DNA of 63,447 nt, the filler included, from Salisapilia sapeloensis CBS 127946 (taxonomy: Eukaryota; Protista; Oomycota), in NCBI GenBank assembly GCA_023334545.1. It is 12 parts of 12 records of this genome, joined end to end, with 100 filler letters (N's around TTAATTAATTAA, not from the genome) between each part and the next. Parts side by side here need not be neighbours in the genome. Positions count along the whole stretch, not along the records: positions 1 to 1,568 come from JAADVB010001105.1; positions 1,669 to 5,062 come from JAADVB010000759.1; positions 5,163 to 10,761 come from JAADVB010000605.1; positions 10,862 to 12,786 come from JAADVB010001005.1; 8 more parts are not named here. One strand, given 5' to 3'. Position numbers and translations under genes: made by a program. The notes beneath the pieces were generated by a model, which saw only the letters and a list, made by a program, of their open reading frames with translations, was not told the origin of the DNA and searched no databases. Each line of letters begins with the position of its first letter. Position 1 is the stretch's first letter. This document shows positions 1-11,227 of this stretch, one piece after another.

Positions 1-29
1 AGTTTAGCTCCAAGCCCTCTTTTCCTCCT

Positions 30-437
30 CTAGGTCGGATATGGTGGTATCTTCGGACTTAACACGGGGTAGGCCATCCACCAACGTAATACGCGACGAA
101 GGCTGCGATGCAAGACGTGCAAACATCTTGTACTGACGTTACCGAGGTACGACACATACGTACACCCTTTGAAGTCTGTATCGGTCTGACATGGGGACAC
201 AGCATGCAGCGATGAGAGTAACCGTCTCTCTCCCCCACTCGGGCACGGTGTTATCAAGTTTGATCGGAATAAGGGTACACCGCACCGTACAGACATGGGC
301 ATCCGTTCAGATTCGCTGGACGGCAGGTACATGGACCGACGAAATGCGCGTACCTCGTCCATATCAGGAACACGTCGCCGAAGCTCGTCGACGTCATGTC
401 GGCATATCGATTGTATGCCAATGAGCTCGGGGCGCAA
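30..437 (-). other. Possible short spliced gene, unresolved
   Basis: 135-aa ORF with a non-ATG start; GTACG donor-like sites at 353 and 163 on the minus strand. No splice model gave a recognisable protein. Confidence 0.2.
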
Positions 438-717
438 TTAACTGCGACACCGCGGGTTGAGTGCCAAGGTGTTCAAGAGCACTTCAAAAATGGTCCTGTG
501 ACGAGGCGCGGAGCGCGTCACTTGTGGCGTGTACCTTTTTCCCACCAATCGCAAACTTTGAAATTTTCTAGAAGCGCGTCGATTGGCTGCGAATCTATGG
601 GTTGCTCGGGGTTTGCAACGGGGTTACCAAGGGTCAGTTAAGGACAGTCGGGGATCGCATGCACGATACGCAGAGCTCGTGGTGCGTGTGTGTCGGTCGC
701 AGAATGCGGAAGGACAG

Positions 718-733
718 GCTCATTCACAAATTT
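718..733 (+). promoter_or_regulatory. Oomycete INR+FPR-like core promoter
   Basis: GCTCATTCACAAATTT resembles the GCTCATTYBNNNWTTY consensus (1 mismatch) and lies about 30-45 bp upstream of ATG 765. Confidence 0.45.
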
Positions 734-764
734 GCTTGCCTCAGCTCAAGGCGTACACACAAAC

Positions 765-1349
765 ATGATGGCATCCGTTGAATGTCCAGTAGCCTCCTTC
801 GGCGCACCGCAGCTCCAGCTGTCCAAGTTCGAGCCCAACTTGCCTTCCAAGGCAGCGGCACCGCGTGCGTTCTTACAAAAGATCGAGCACGTTGAGATCA
901 GCTCTGTGCGAGAGCGCGGCGGCGTCTCCTACTTTGTGGTGGACATCTACCTCCGGCATCACCGGAGTCACATCCCGACCAAGCAGCGTGAAGAGGAGCA
1001 GGCATGCTCCAGCAAGCACAGCAAGGGACCGGACTACCAGCTCGAGAAGCGCTTTACCGATTTCGCGGAACTTCGGCACGATGTCTGGATGCACACGCAG
1101 CAGCGACATACGTCCCGATGCACGTACTGCGACGACTTTATGAACTTCATCGTCTACAGTTGGTCGCAGCCGCGGTTGCTAGTGAAGTTGACCAGCACCG
1201 ACCATCGTGTCAAGATTTTCAGCAAGTTCCTGCGCCACTTTTTGGTTCTGGCAAAGGGAGCCAAGTGTCCGAGCGCGGCTCGCTACGCTTCCTGCAGCGG
1301 CGCCGAAAAGGTTCCGTCGATTGTGGCGGATTTTTTGCGGAAACCTTGA
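765..1349 (+). CDS. Oomycete PX (phox)-like domain protein
   Basis: KIEHVEISSVRERGGVSYFVVDIY...YQLEKRFTDFAELRHDVW...CTYC..FMNFIVYSWSQPRLLVKL is a pattern typical of an expanded oomycete PX-like family. ATG 765 is in frame with ORF 690..1349. Confidence 0.75.
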   Translation: MMASVECPVASFGAPQLQLSKFEPNLPSKAAAPRAFLQKIEHVEISSVRERGGVSYFVVDIYLRHHRSHIPTKQREEEQACSSKHSKGPDYQLEKRFTDFAELRHDVWMHTQQRHTSRCTYCDDFMNFIVYSWSQPRLLVKLTSTDHRVKIFSKFLRHFLVLAKGAKCPSAARYASCSGAEKVPSIVADFLRKP

Positions 1350-1568
1350 TTCGGTTCAGATAGATAGAGCAAGAGAGAGCAAGATGTGGCGCTCGTATGA
1401 GCAGAGCGATTTCGGTCGCAAGGACTCGCTGCGGCTCCATTCGCCATCGGTAGGATAGACCAGTAAGCTGTATTTACACGAGTCTCGAGTCCAGCCTCGA
1501 GTGTGTCCATAATACATAGACGCAAATGAAGCGAACTCGTAACACCCACAATCGAAAATTAAGTGTGA

Positions 1569-1668
1569 NNNNNNNNNNNNNNNNNNNNNNNNNNNNNNNN
1601 NNNNNNNNNNNNTTAATTAATTAANNNNNNNNNNNNNNNNNNNNNNNNNNNNNNNNNNNNNNNNNNNN
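1569..1668. other. Artificial contig linker
   Basis: N44-TTAATTAATTAA-N44, with stops in all six frames. Confidence 0.97.
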
Positions 1669-2855
1669 TGGATAGCGACGTTTGATGAGATGCGCCCTCA
1701 TTACGATGTGAACTCGTGCATCGACTCATTGTCTTTGACAAAGATCGCTTGCCCTTCGAGCACGTACGTTTGACTATGGTAGATACTTAATGACGTGGAC
1801 TGAAATTGCGATGGACTTGAAAGTGTAAATCGTGGCTGAGATGGCATACGATTTAATCCAGGATGTCTGTTGAGACGTTCACGGACAGATTGAAATGTCA
1901 GGATAGGAGGCGAGGGAGCGACTTAATGGTTTATTAAATTATAGCGGTAGATCTTGACTGAAGTGCCTTGTGTCGTTGAAGACGTTTGATGCATGTCGAG
2001 TACCCGATCTCTCTACGGAAGCAGAATGGATGATTCATGGAGAGGATGCATTTATTATTATTATTAAGTTTGTGGCATATTATGTTTCGTCTACCTACAA
2101 ACAGTGAACTAATATTCAACATTTGAAAGGGGGTGTTCCTAAGACACAAGACAAGCAGTGGTAAAAGAAAATGAGAACGCTATCTAGGGCGGCTGTCTCT
2201 TTTCTAGGAGGACCGTCCAGATATTCTCAAGTAGGTAGAGGTGAGCTCTCCGACGATCAGGAGATAGACTATACTGGGTTGAGGATGCATTTAGCTAGAC
2301 TTCTGTTCAGAAGAGCATCAACAAGTCATGCTTCATATATTTTCGTGTGGCAAATATCCTTGAAGTAGCCTAGCATCAATGTACGTACTGTCAAGTTACA
2401 TCGTACACTGGAAACTAGCAAAATCTCAGACTTCACTCTTAATAGCTAAAGCCAATACGCTCCTCTTGCGAAAACACATTTGCTGGGATTCGCTTAAGCA
2501 AACACCGAAAGTATAAAAGTCGAGCGATATGTACAGATCGAGTGACGAACCCTCGGATCATTCCAAAATTCAAAGCTATATCCTCTACTTCAAGTTAAAC
2601 GTAACGATTTCATTGGCACTTGGAGCCACCTTCCAAGTGCAAACCTTCATGTAGTCCATTTCTCAATTTGCCAACAATTGAGTTTTAGCTCAACACCTCT
2701 CTCGATCTAGTCCGGAGAAGATACACAATAATAACAACCGCCTAGGAACATACATTAATCTGGCAGGTATCTGTAAGAGCTATTCGGTCGACGATATTTA
2801 GTTGAGCGAAGAAGTTATCACAAGACGACTAGACCCACCTCCAACCTCTTCAACG

Positions 2856-3899
2856 ATGCATGGAGAGCGACGTGCACACAACACTGTTGAAAATGCTGTG
2901 GCAATGACGGGGAGTGACACTTCATCCTCGAATGCACATCGTGAGCATCAGATCGAACAGTCTTTGAGACAAGAGTGGGAGCATCTCGTAGAGGCATTGC
3001 GATTGCATCTCTTATCCGAGAATCGGGATTTGAAAAAAAGGAATGAGGCACTGGTGACGACCAAGTATTTACGCTTGGTCATTAAAGATATGCGTGCACA
3101 AAACAAAAAGGTGCAATCTGATGCGGCGGCAGCAACGGGGCATGGCATTTCATCTTTGAATCCGCTACGCCGTGATGAACAAGATGAGAAGTGGATGAAA
3201 CCTAAATGGGAATTTCTAAGTGAAGTACTCCAGTCGCATATAAAAGCTATGGAGCGGGAGTTGAAGGCGCAGAATGAGACACTGGTCGCAACGAGGAATT
3301 TGCATCTGTTGGTTGGGAACATGCGAGACCGTATTGCGACGGCATCGGATGAAGATCCTTTGGCCATGATTCCTCTATACAGTCTTGGTCATGGAGAGCA
3401 ATCGATACGAGAAGAAATGGAGAAGTTGACGGAAGCGCTTGAAAGCGATATAGGTGCACCGGAGGATGAACTCGAATGGCTGCATACGACACTGGTAGCA
3501 ATCAGAAACCTGTATCAGTTGTGTCAGGGCGTGCATACCCAGGAGGATGAGATGCGCATTTGTCGGGACGAAATGACCGCTCAACAAGAAGAGATGGGAG
3601 TCCAGTTGGTTGAAATGAGTACCCAGAAGAATAAGATCCGAGCGCAGTTGAACGAGATGCGCATTCATCAGAATGAAATGCGCGCACAGATGATTGGAAT
3701 GGGTTCCCCTCCAAACACTTTGATCTCGAAAAAGCTAAAAGCGCTAGAAGGGGGTATTACCACGTTGGAACGACAGTGGGAGGACCTAGGGAAGAGCATC
3801 GGCGATCTGGATGATAAGCGGGAAATGCTGGCTGGAGCTATTTACATGCAGGAATTCCATAGGGACCTGCTGCTAGAAAGTGGTGGCATGCAAGAGTAA
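2856..3899 (+). CDS. Hypothetical coiled-coil protein with three imperfect internal repeats
   Basis: Stop-free ORF 2802..3899, first ATG at 2856; E/L/M/Q-rich heptad character; repeats start at 2973, 3204 and 3414. Confidence 0.6.
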   Translation: MHGERRAHNTVENAVAMTGSDTSSSNAHREHQIEQSLRQEWEHLVEALRLHLLSENRDLKKRNEALVTTKYLRLVIKDMRAQNKKVQSDAAAATGHGISSLNPLRRDEQDEKWMKPKWEFLSEVLQSHIKAMERELKAQNETLVATRNLHLLVGNMRDRIATASDEDPLAMIPLYSLGHGEQSIREEMEKLTEALESDIGAPEDELEWLHTTLVAIRNLYQLCQGVHTQEDEMRICRDEMTAQQEEMGVQLVEMSTQKNKIRAQLNEMRIHQNEMRAQMIGMGSPPNTLISKKLKALEGGITTLERQWEDLGKSIGDLDDKREMLAGAIYMQEFHRDLLLESGGMQE

Positions 3900-5062
3900 C
3901 GGTAGCGCATGCTCCGTAAATTCTTCAAGCGAGCCTATCGTCTTTATGGCCAAGATACGGAACTTAAAGAAGATGGGCCCTTGCTGCATGTGTAGTATTG
4001 CGCTACGATCTTGGCATTAAGTCTTCTGACATGAATTTATTCTTCTTGATATAGTATTTGTTTTCATAAGAATCTACAAACACAAGCCTAGACTTCTCTC
4101 GGTTGTCTGCTTTTTTCTTCTCTAGCTGTCTCATCTTCTGGATGTACCTAGAGTACTCTACGAAGAGATCAGCGAGTATGACGAAGAAGATAGCGTTCAC
4201 ATCGTGGCGAGCTATCCTTCCAGAGCCAAATATTTTGAGGCTGAACAAGTTCGTCAACTGCTTTTTCTTCCTATGTTATCGCACATGATATTCATACGAC
4301 CAAACGTAGATGAACGGATGTCGAGGAACTTGGTGCGATTGTCGAGGATGATTAGGTGGATAGAGTTGTCATCGTCCTGACTGACGTTGCTGTTAGTGAC
4401 AGATGCAACCTGGAGTAGTCTCCACAGTCATTAAAAGGGGCCTTGATAAACTTTTACGATGGTGACCGAGCGAAATAGGTCATCGACATTGACGTGCCCA
4501 TCAAGTGGTCGATTGATCTTAAGACCTATGCATTTCCGATACTAGTATAGTATTCAATCTCTTAGTTTGACTACCTACTGTCCCATCCAGTACATACACA
4601 ATATCAAACGGATAATAAGTCTTAGTAGTCTGCGTAGAGGGGATTTCCGAAGTAGACAGCGCTGCCTTTGGTCCATGCAGTAGATATGAGGGCTGCTACT
4701 TATTTTCAGACTCAGACGATCAAGTTGTGCTTTATGTAATATAAGCTTTTCCGCAACGCATCTTGCGTCAAGAAAGTTTAACTTGTTGATGACATGAACG
4801 CCATATCGAACGACTGCATGAGAACGAAGAATCTGTCATCAACGGCGAAATATAGCGCCACCGGACATAAAAAACCTGCATCAAACACGCCCCAAGCTGA
4901 TTATATCCTGCGCTGTGCACAGCAATTTCAGTCCACGTCATTAAGTATCTACCATAGTCAAACGTACGTGCTCGAAGGGCAAGCGATCTTTGTCAAAGAC
5001 AATGAGTCGATGCACGAGTTCACATCGTAATGAGGGCGCATCTCATCAAACGTCGCTATCCA

Positions 5063-5162
5063 NNNNNNNNNNNNNNNNNNNNNNNNNNNNNNNNNNNNNN
5101 NNNNNNTTAATTAATTAANNNNNNNNNNNNNNNNNNNNNNNNNNNNNNNNNNNNNNNNNNNN
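5063..5162. other. Artificial contig linker
   Basis: N44-TTAATTAATTAA-N44. Confidence 0.97.
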
Positions 5163-5505
5163 AATGCTCTTTATGGGCTTATACGCCTCATTCTTGATTC
5201 GACATGTATCTGCAGATTTCCAAGAAGCCATTTGGATCTTTGCATCAAGCGTCGTTGTACTACTGGGATGTCTGGTCATCTTACCATTGGCGTATATGGT
5301 AAAAATGCCAGCTACAAACTTGTTTACTTTCTTGTCTGGATCAATCTTTTTGTGCACAGCTCTCGTTATGGGGCTCATGCTAGCACCAAAATTTATGCGA
5401 CTTAAGGAGTTGTCATATACATCAAGACTAACAGGGGGTACAGCTGCTCTCAAGGCATCAGAACCAACTCAAAACATGCACGATTTAACAAAAACAAACG
5501 AATAA
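5163..5505 (+). CDS. C-terminal fragment of a class C (family 3) GPCR-like 7TM protein, 5' truncated
   Basis: GLYASFLIRHVSADFQEAIWIFASS and LMLAPKF match the TM5-TM7 pattern of 7tm_3 (G.fLA..tR.v...FnE.k.I ... lf.PK); three hydrophobic helices; begins at the contig edge. Confidence 0.65.
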
Positions 5506-6444
5506 TGCACAAGACCTACACAAACCACGTATCATCAGCGAATACTAAGGAGTGTATACTCGGCGAACGAAAAGATAATTTAATACATTGCTAAGACTGC
5601 GTTCGGCAGAATAGCATATACTTTTAAAACAGCATTCTTTCGCCAAATCAATTTGGTCGTGTCCGTTGAGCAGATAATCGGGGATTATGCGAGGAATAAT
5701 AGGCAGTAATTGAGCAAACACGAGAAAGCCTTAATCGACATTATGCCTCGATAATCACCCTTCTTCTAATCGACGAGAAAAGAAGAGTATGCCAAAGGCT
5801 GTATCGATTTAAACCTAAGTCGCCCGAAAGCATCATCTGTGTGCTGCAATTTCCCACAGCTTATGCTATAGCGAGCATGGTGACGGGAGCCTCAATTTTA
5901 GCATAGGATAGAGCATAAGGGACGAGTTTTATTAATAACATAAAGTGGCATCTCCATTTCCAGCACTTATCACTTGCTTTTGCACTCGTAATTTGGCGGA
6001 AAAGTTATATTGAAGTGTTTCATGAGGTTTACAATTGCACGTGGCAAAACTCGGCAATTCTCAACGAACGCGGAATTACCCGATTCGATTATCGTTCATA
6101 GAGCTATAAAATCTTAATTCCCCATTATGCCGAATCGATATTTAGCGCGAACACGGCCTGAGATTTTAAAAGAGTAGACGTATCATCTCTTAAGTTGCTG
6201 CACTCGTGGAATTTTTAAAGATGTGTGCTAATGCGCCTTTGTCTGTTGCTGCAGTTGTAGGAGAGTAGAAAGCAGCCTTTATCTTCTTGCCATTGACCCG
6301 AAATATAGGTAGATCTCGCTTGGCATCTCATGTCAAAGATGCTGGATTCACTTTAAGGCAAAAGTCATTATCAATATTGGGTCACAAGAGATATCGAACA
6401 GGCGCAATGGATTAGCTTTTTCGGGTCCTATGCGGCTCTTAATC

Positions 6445-6483
6445 CTATGTGGTCCTCACCATATCGGACCGAGGACCACATAG
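6445..6483. repeat. Perfect 13-bp inverted repeat (hairpin)
   Basis: CTATGTGGTCCTC (6445-6457) and GAGGACCACATAG (6471-6483), with a 13-nt loop. Confidence 0.8.
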
Positions 6484-7489
6484 AACCATCAATAAACTCT
6501 ACCGGCGCAATGGCATGACCGAATAAATCAATTTCACTGTCGATTTTCTTTTGAGATTTCTGAACATTGTCTGTCTCCTTCATCTTCCATGTAACTACAG
6601 CAATATTCTTATTATTTATTGATAAGTATTGGATGAAAGGTTATATTTACGAGTGTATTAATTGTATGAATTATACTATACCTTCGTATAGGATAGGGAA
6701 TCCCTATGGAGGCAAATCGCCCTATCTAGGGCCCTCATATAGGATAGGGAGGATGCCCTACCTATGCGATGGTTCCGATCCCTGGATAGCGGTATCATGA
6801 AATTCTCAAGTCTTCTAGACATAAGGAAATATCGGATTGATGCAGACATCAAGCAGCTTCAAGTCGATATGATATGTTCAGTTTTTTTGGATCTTGACAG
6901 ATAGTAAATAAAATTTTGATATTGTCTTTGAGTGCTTCCGATCGACCTCAGCAAGACACTTTGCCAACTTAGGAATCGATCTCGATGAGCGTGAATGCTG
7001 CTTCGTCATACCCTTCAAACACTCAATCAATTGATGTTCACCGAACGTAGTCATACAGATGCCCCAGCAACGTATATGCGCGCATTGCCTATCGAAAAAA
7101 TCAACGCCAATATAGCGATAAGCTGTGCATAACATCGGTTCATCCGGTCGTCGATTGAAAGATCGGAATTTGTCGTCAAAAGCTGGCCGAATTGACTGTC
7201 CTCTACAGTGGAGAGTATGCCTACAGCAGCAACACAAAGAATCAAGAAAATGAGCAAAGTCTCACTTCTAAAATCTGCGACCGTATAAGCGAGTCGGCTT
7301 GATCCGGATGATTGGCGAACCTGTTCTTCCTCATCACGCCTTTTGCTGCGTCAACAAGAAACCGACTTGCTCGTAGCAGCAGTCGTGTGTAATTGAATTA
7401 GGCTGCGACAAGGTAACTCGAATGGGAAAAAGACGCGACCTACCTTTGACCACTGCTCTCTTCAGTCATTGCCATCAAAAGTGTGCAAG

Positions 7490-8705
7490 ATGCAGCGGCC
7501 GAGAGCGTTGACCGTACCTGCAGGTCCGACGATCCCGCCGGAGAAGAAAAAGGCATTGCTCCAAGCGCTGGAAGCATCTGTGAAGGACACCATGGAGTCG
7601 CTACGTGGCGGTCTCCAAGAAAATCACACGTGGGAAGTTCGCTTTCGCAAGAAGAACAAGGCGTTTTTCATGGACAAGAACACAGAGCCAGACTACTACA
7701 GGTACTGCTGCGTCACGCACTCTTCCATCCCGGTTGCATCCTTCGTGTCAGCACTAATGGCTGACAACCGCTCCGAGCTTCAGGAGGTGTCACGCGTTCT
7801 GCACAAAGACTTGCTGGAAGCTGCCATCGTCGGTCATTTGCTCTCTCCTGACGAAGACCACCCACACCGCAGCGCGTACGTTTGCTACCAGAGCTTCCAG
7901 GGCTCGGAAGAGCGGGAGCGTCTTCTCGCCGTCGCGACGGACGTACTCCACTATGACGATGGGAGTACGACAGGGTATTGCCTCTGGGACTCTATCGATT
8001 TAGACGACTGGAGCATGCCTGGGTTTAGAAGAGAAGAGATGTTCCAGTCTGGTTTCTACTTTCGGTCCTACGCCAACCAGCCTGCAAACTTCAGCTTTGC
8101 CGAAACGTGCGACGACCAGAGCGAAGTGGACGGATCAAATGTCTCTAGCAACGACAGTGATAGCAGTATGCAGCGCAAAGGCCGGACAAAGGTAATGTAC
8201 TTGGTGGGCGTTCCGTCCCTCAAGCCGCCGACCGCGAAAGCCATCGAACAGTGTGGCGTGCAAGTGGACAATCTGTGCTCTTTTAGCCGTCGGCAGGCCA
8301 TCGACCTGACGCGCTTTGTGCCCAAAAACAAGTACAAACGAAAAAGGTATGCTCCCTAGATGCAACATCATTCTTACTCTCCGAGTCTTACAGTGTCCCC
8401 TGCTGTCTAGTACTGCCAAGCGATGCTTCCGATGTGTACGCAATTTCTGGCCGTTGACGAGACGAGTAAATTGCCAGTGCTGCGGAGAGGTCGTGTGTCG
8501 GGACTGCTTTCTTAAAGAACCAGTGAACCTGTTTTCTGTCGGCCAGCAAATGCTGAACATTTGCTACTTTTGCCTCGAGACGCTGACCTTCGAAGAAAGC
8601 AGGTCGCTACGAAACGTCATGACAAGAGACTATTACAGTGACGACGGGAATGAATCAACGTCTTCAGGCAACTTGCTCAAGTCTGCACGGAGTCTCCCGG
8701 TCTAG
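7490..8705 (+). CDS. START-like + FYVE zinc-finger protein (oomycete-expanded family), 2 exons
   Basis: Exon 1 from ATG 7490 (START-like region); intron 8347-8410 (GTATGC...CTAG, 64 nt) joins in frame to STAKRCFRCVRNF...VNCQCCGEVVCRDC (FYVE-type). Confidence 0.8.
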
Positions 8706-8891
8706 CTTGGTCCACATCGACCCAAGTTCGGAAGATATCCATTTAACTCATTATAATTGAATATTGGTCCTATTTTGTGACTACTTTTGGTAATAATCCG
8801 AAAACACATCAAAAGATAGCCTGTATTTTCACTACTAGCCGCCTCAACCCTTTGAATCTATCTGGAGTAGCCCTGCAGACAGGAGCCTGAG

Positions 8892-9677
<786 letters not shown>

Positions 9678-9705
9678 TTCGAATAGAAATTTTCTCTTCA
9701 CCTTG

Positions 9706-10206
9706 TTAAGCCACGACACTACTGACAGCATTCACTACTCCCACCGCAATGCTCACGACCCCCACTCGGAAGCACATTGCTCGCATCGGCTGCTTTTTCT
9801 TGGCGTACGCAATCGTATGAACCACCCGCGCACCAGTGTACGCAACGAGACACCCGACCTGCACCTTGTCGTTCGCTCCCGTCAGCACGCCGCCTAGAAA
9901 CACGAACAAGGCGAGCGGGATGGACTCGAGATCGTTCTGCACAATCTGCTTCCACCTTTTTTCCTCTTCACGCCGCTCCTCGAGCTTAAACGACTTCTCC
10001 GCCACCTTCTCATCGCTACTCGACTGCAGTCCAAAGGTCTGCGGCGGATTGTTTTTCGCCAAGGGATGATACATGTCCTCCGGGCTCCTGCCTCCAGCCT
10101 CGAACGTTTTCTTCGCCTGGAGCAGCGTCGTGGTGAGGAACTTGGTGTAGAGCACTCCTGAGCAGCACACGAAGGCAGTGAGACTGGGTGAAGGAGCGAG
10201 AACCAT
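9706..10206 (-). CDS. MAPEG family (microsomal glutathione S-transferase-like) membrane protein
   Basis: RWKQIVQNDLESIPLALFVF motif, YTGARVVHTIAY, and four hydrophobic segments; 166 aa. Confidence 0.85.
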   Translation of the reverse strand: MVLAPSPSLTAFVCCSGVLYTKFLTTTLLQAKKTFEAGGRSPEDMYHPLAKNNPPQTFGLQSSSDEKVAEKSFKLEERREEEKRWKQIVQNDLESIPLALFVFLGGVLTGANDKVQVGCLVAYTGARVVHTIAYAKKKQPMRAMCFRVGVVSIAVGVVNAVSSVVA

Positions 10207-10241
10207 TCTATTGGCAGGAACGTAAGAGCGTGAAGCCGACT

Positions 10242-10255
10242 AAATTGCAAAGTGG
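10242..10255 (-). promoter_or_regulatory. Oomycete INR+FPR core promoter of the MAPEG gene
   Basis: Minus-strand CCACTTTGCAATTT fits YCAYTY.NCAWTTT and lies about 36-50 bp upstream of ATG 10206. Confidence 0.6.
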
Positions 10256-10398
10256 CGTGTGTGGAAGGCGACTGCTCTGGAATTAGAAATCCGACGCTCT
10301 ATGTCGTATCTTTGAGAGAAAGATACGACTTGAAGCGTCGAAAGAACGCTACGGAGGCTCTACCGACATTCAAAGTCATACAAAAAGACAAAATGCGT

Positions 10399-10761
10399 CT
10401 AGTCCTCAATCACTTGTTTCGCCTCCTCCATTCCAGAACGACGTTTTTCTACCATCTCTTCAAACATGGGCTTGAACATGTCGTCCCAGTCTTCCATCGT
10501 AATCTCCTTGTCGTTCCAGTTTGCTCCCTGCCCGGTGGAAATGTCCTTGCCTCTCCGGAACTCTCGCCACTTGCACCCCGTGTACTGACACAAGTTCCGG
10601 TAACCCCAGCGATACTTCTTATGCGGAAAGATCTCCAACACAGGCACACCCGGCCGCGCCCACATCACATTCACCATCCCGGCGCCATGCATCCCGATCA
10701 CAAAGTCGCTCTCGACAATCGTCTGCATCTGCTCCTTCATATCCATGCCCACGAACTCTAC
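10399..10761 (-). CDS. Glycosyltransferase family 61 (EOGT/DUF563-like), C-terminal fragment
   Basis: EQMQTIVESDFVIGMHGAGMVNVMWARPGVPVLEIFP is the GT61 signature; truncated by the linker. Confidence 0.8.
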   Translation of the reverse strand, partial: VEFVGMDMKEQMQTIVESDFVIGMHGAGMVNVMWARPGVPVLEIFPHKKYRWGYRNLCQYTGCKWREFRRGKDISTGQGANWNDKEITMEDWDDMFKPMFEEMVEKRRSGMEEAKQVIED

Positions 10762-10861
10762 NNNNNNNNNNNNNNNNNNNNNNNNNNNNNNNNNNNNNNN
10801 NNNNNTTAATTAATTAANNNNNNNNNNNNNNNNNNNNNNNNNNNNNNNNNNNNNNNNNNNN
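10762..10861. other. Artificial contig linker
   Basis: N44-TTAATTAATTAA-N44. Confidence 0.97.
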
Positions 10862-10862
10862 C

Positions 10863-11087
10863 GGACCTCGTGGTGGCTTTGGTGACCGTGATGGGCCTCC
10901 GCGTCGCGGCTTTGGTGACCGTGATGGACCTCGTGGTGGCAGCCGTCGCCCTGACGACCGTGAACCAAAGGACAAGGACGCTGACGATCGATTCTTCGGT
11001 CGCCGCGAAGGCAGCTACCGTCCGCCTGGACGCGACGGAGGCGCGTCTCGTTCCAGCCGTGCTCCTGAATCTGGCAGATGGAGATAG
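10863..11087 (+). CDS. C-terminal R/G/D-rich repeat tail of a truncated gene (eIF3a-like or RNA-binding protein)
   Basis: A frame absent from the ORF track reads GPRGGFGDRDGPPRRGFGDRDGPRGGSRRPDDREPKDKDADDRFFGRREGSYRPPGRDGGASRSSRAPESGRWR*, with stop TAG at 11085-11087. Confidence 0.6.
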   Translation, partial: GPRGGFGDRDGPPRRGFGDRDGPRGGSRRPDDREPKDKDADDRFFGRREGSYRPPGRDGGASRSSRAPESGRWR

Positions 11088-11227
11088 GTAGAAGTGGAAT
11101 TGAGAGTGGACTGGACGTACATGCAGAGAGTCTATTTCTAGTCGGTAGAAAGGAACATGCTTGGGTGAGGAATAAGTAATTTAACCAGTGTTGCATTCCA
11201 CCTTTGGCCTGTCTATATAGTTGTCAT

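Noticed and set aside
300-320. In-frame TGA after a possible acceptor in the 30-437 region read as selenocysteine
   Set aside because: No redox motif or recognisable selenoprotein family, and the splice model itself is unsupported.
1613-1624. TTAATTAATTAA as a biological palindrome or PacI-like site
   Set aside because: Always centred in 88 Ns; it is a six-frame stop linker.
6878-7257. Short hydrophobic minus-strand ORFs
   Set aside because: Could be exons of a membrane protein, but no coherent splice path or family was seen.
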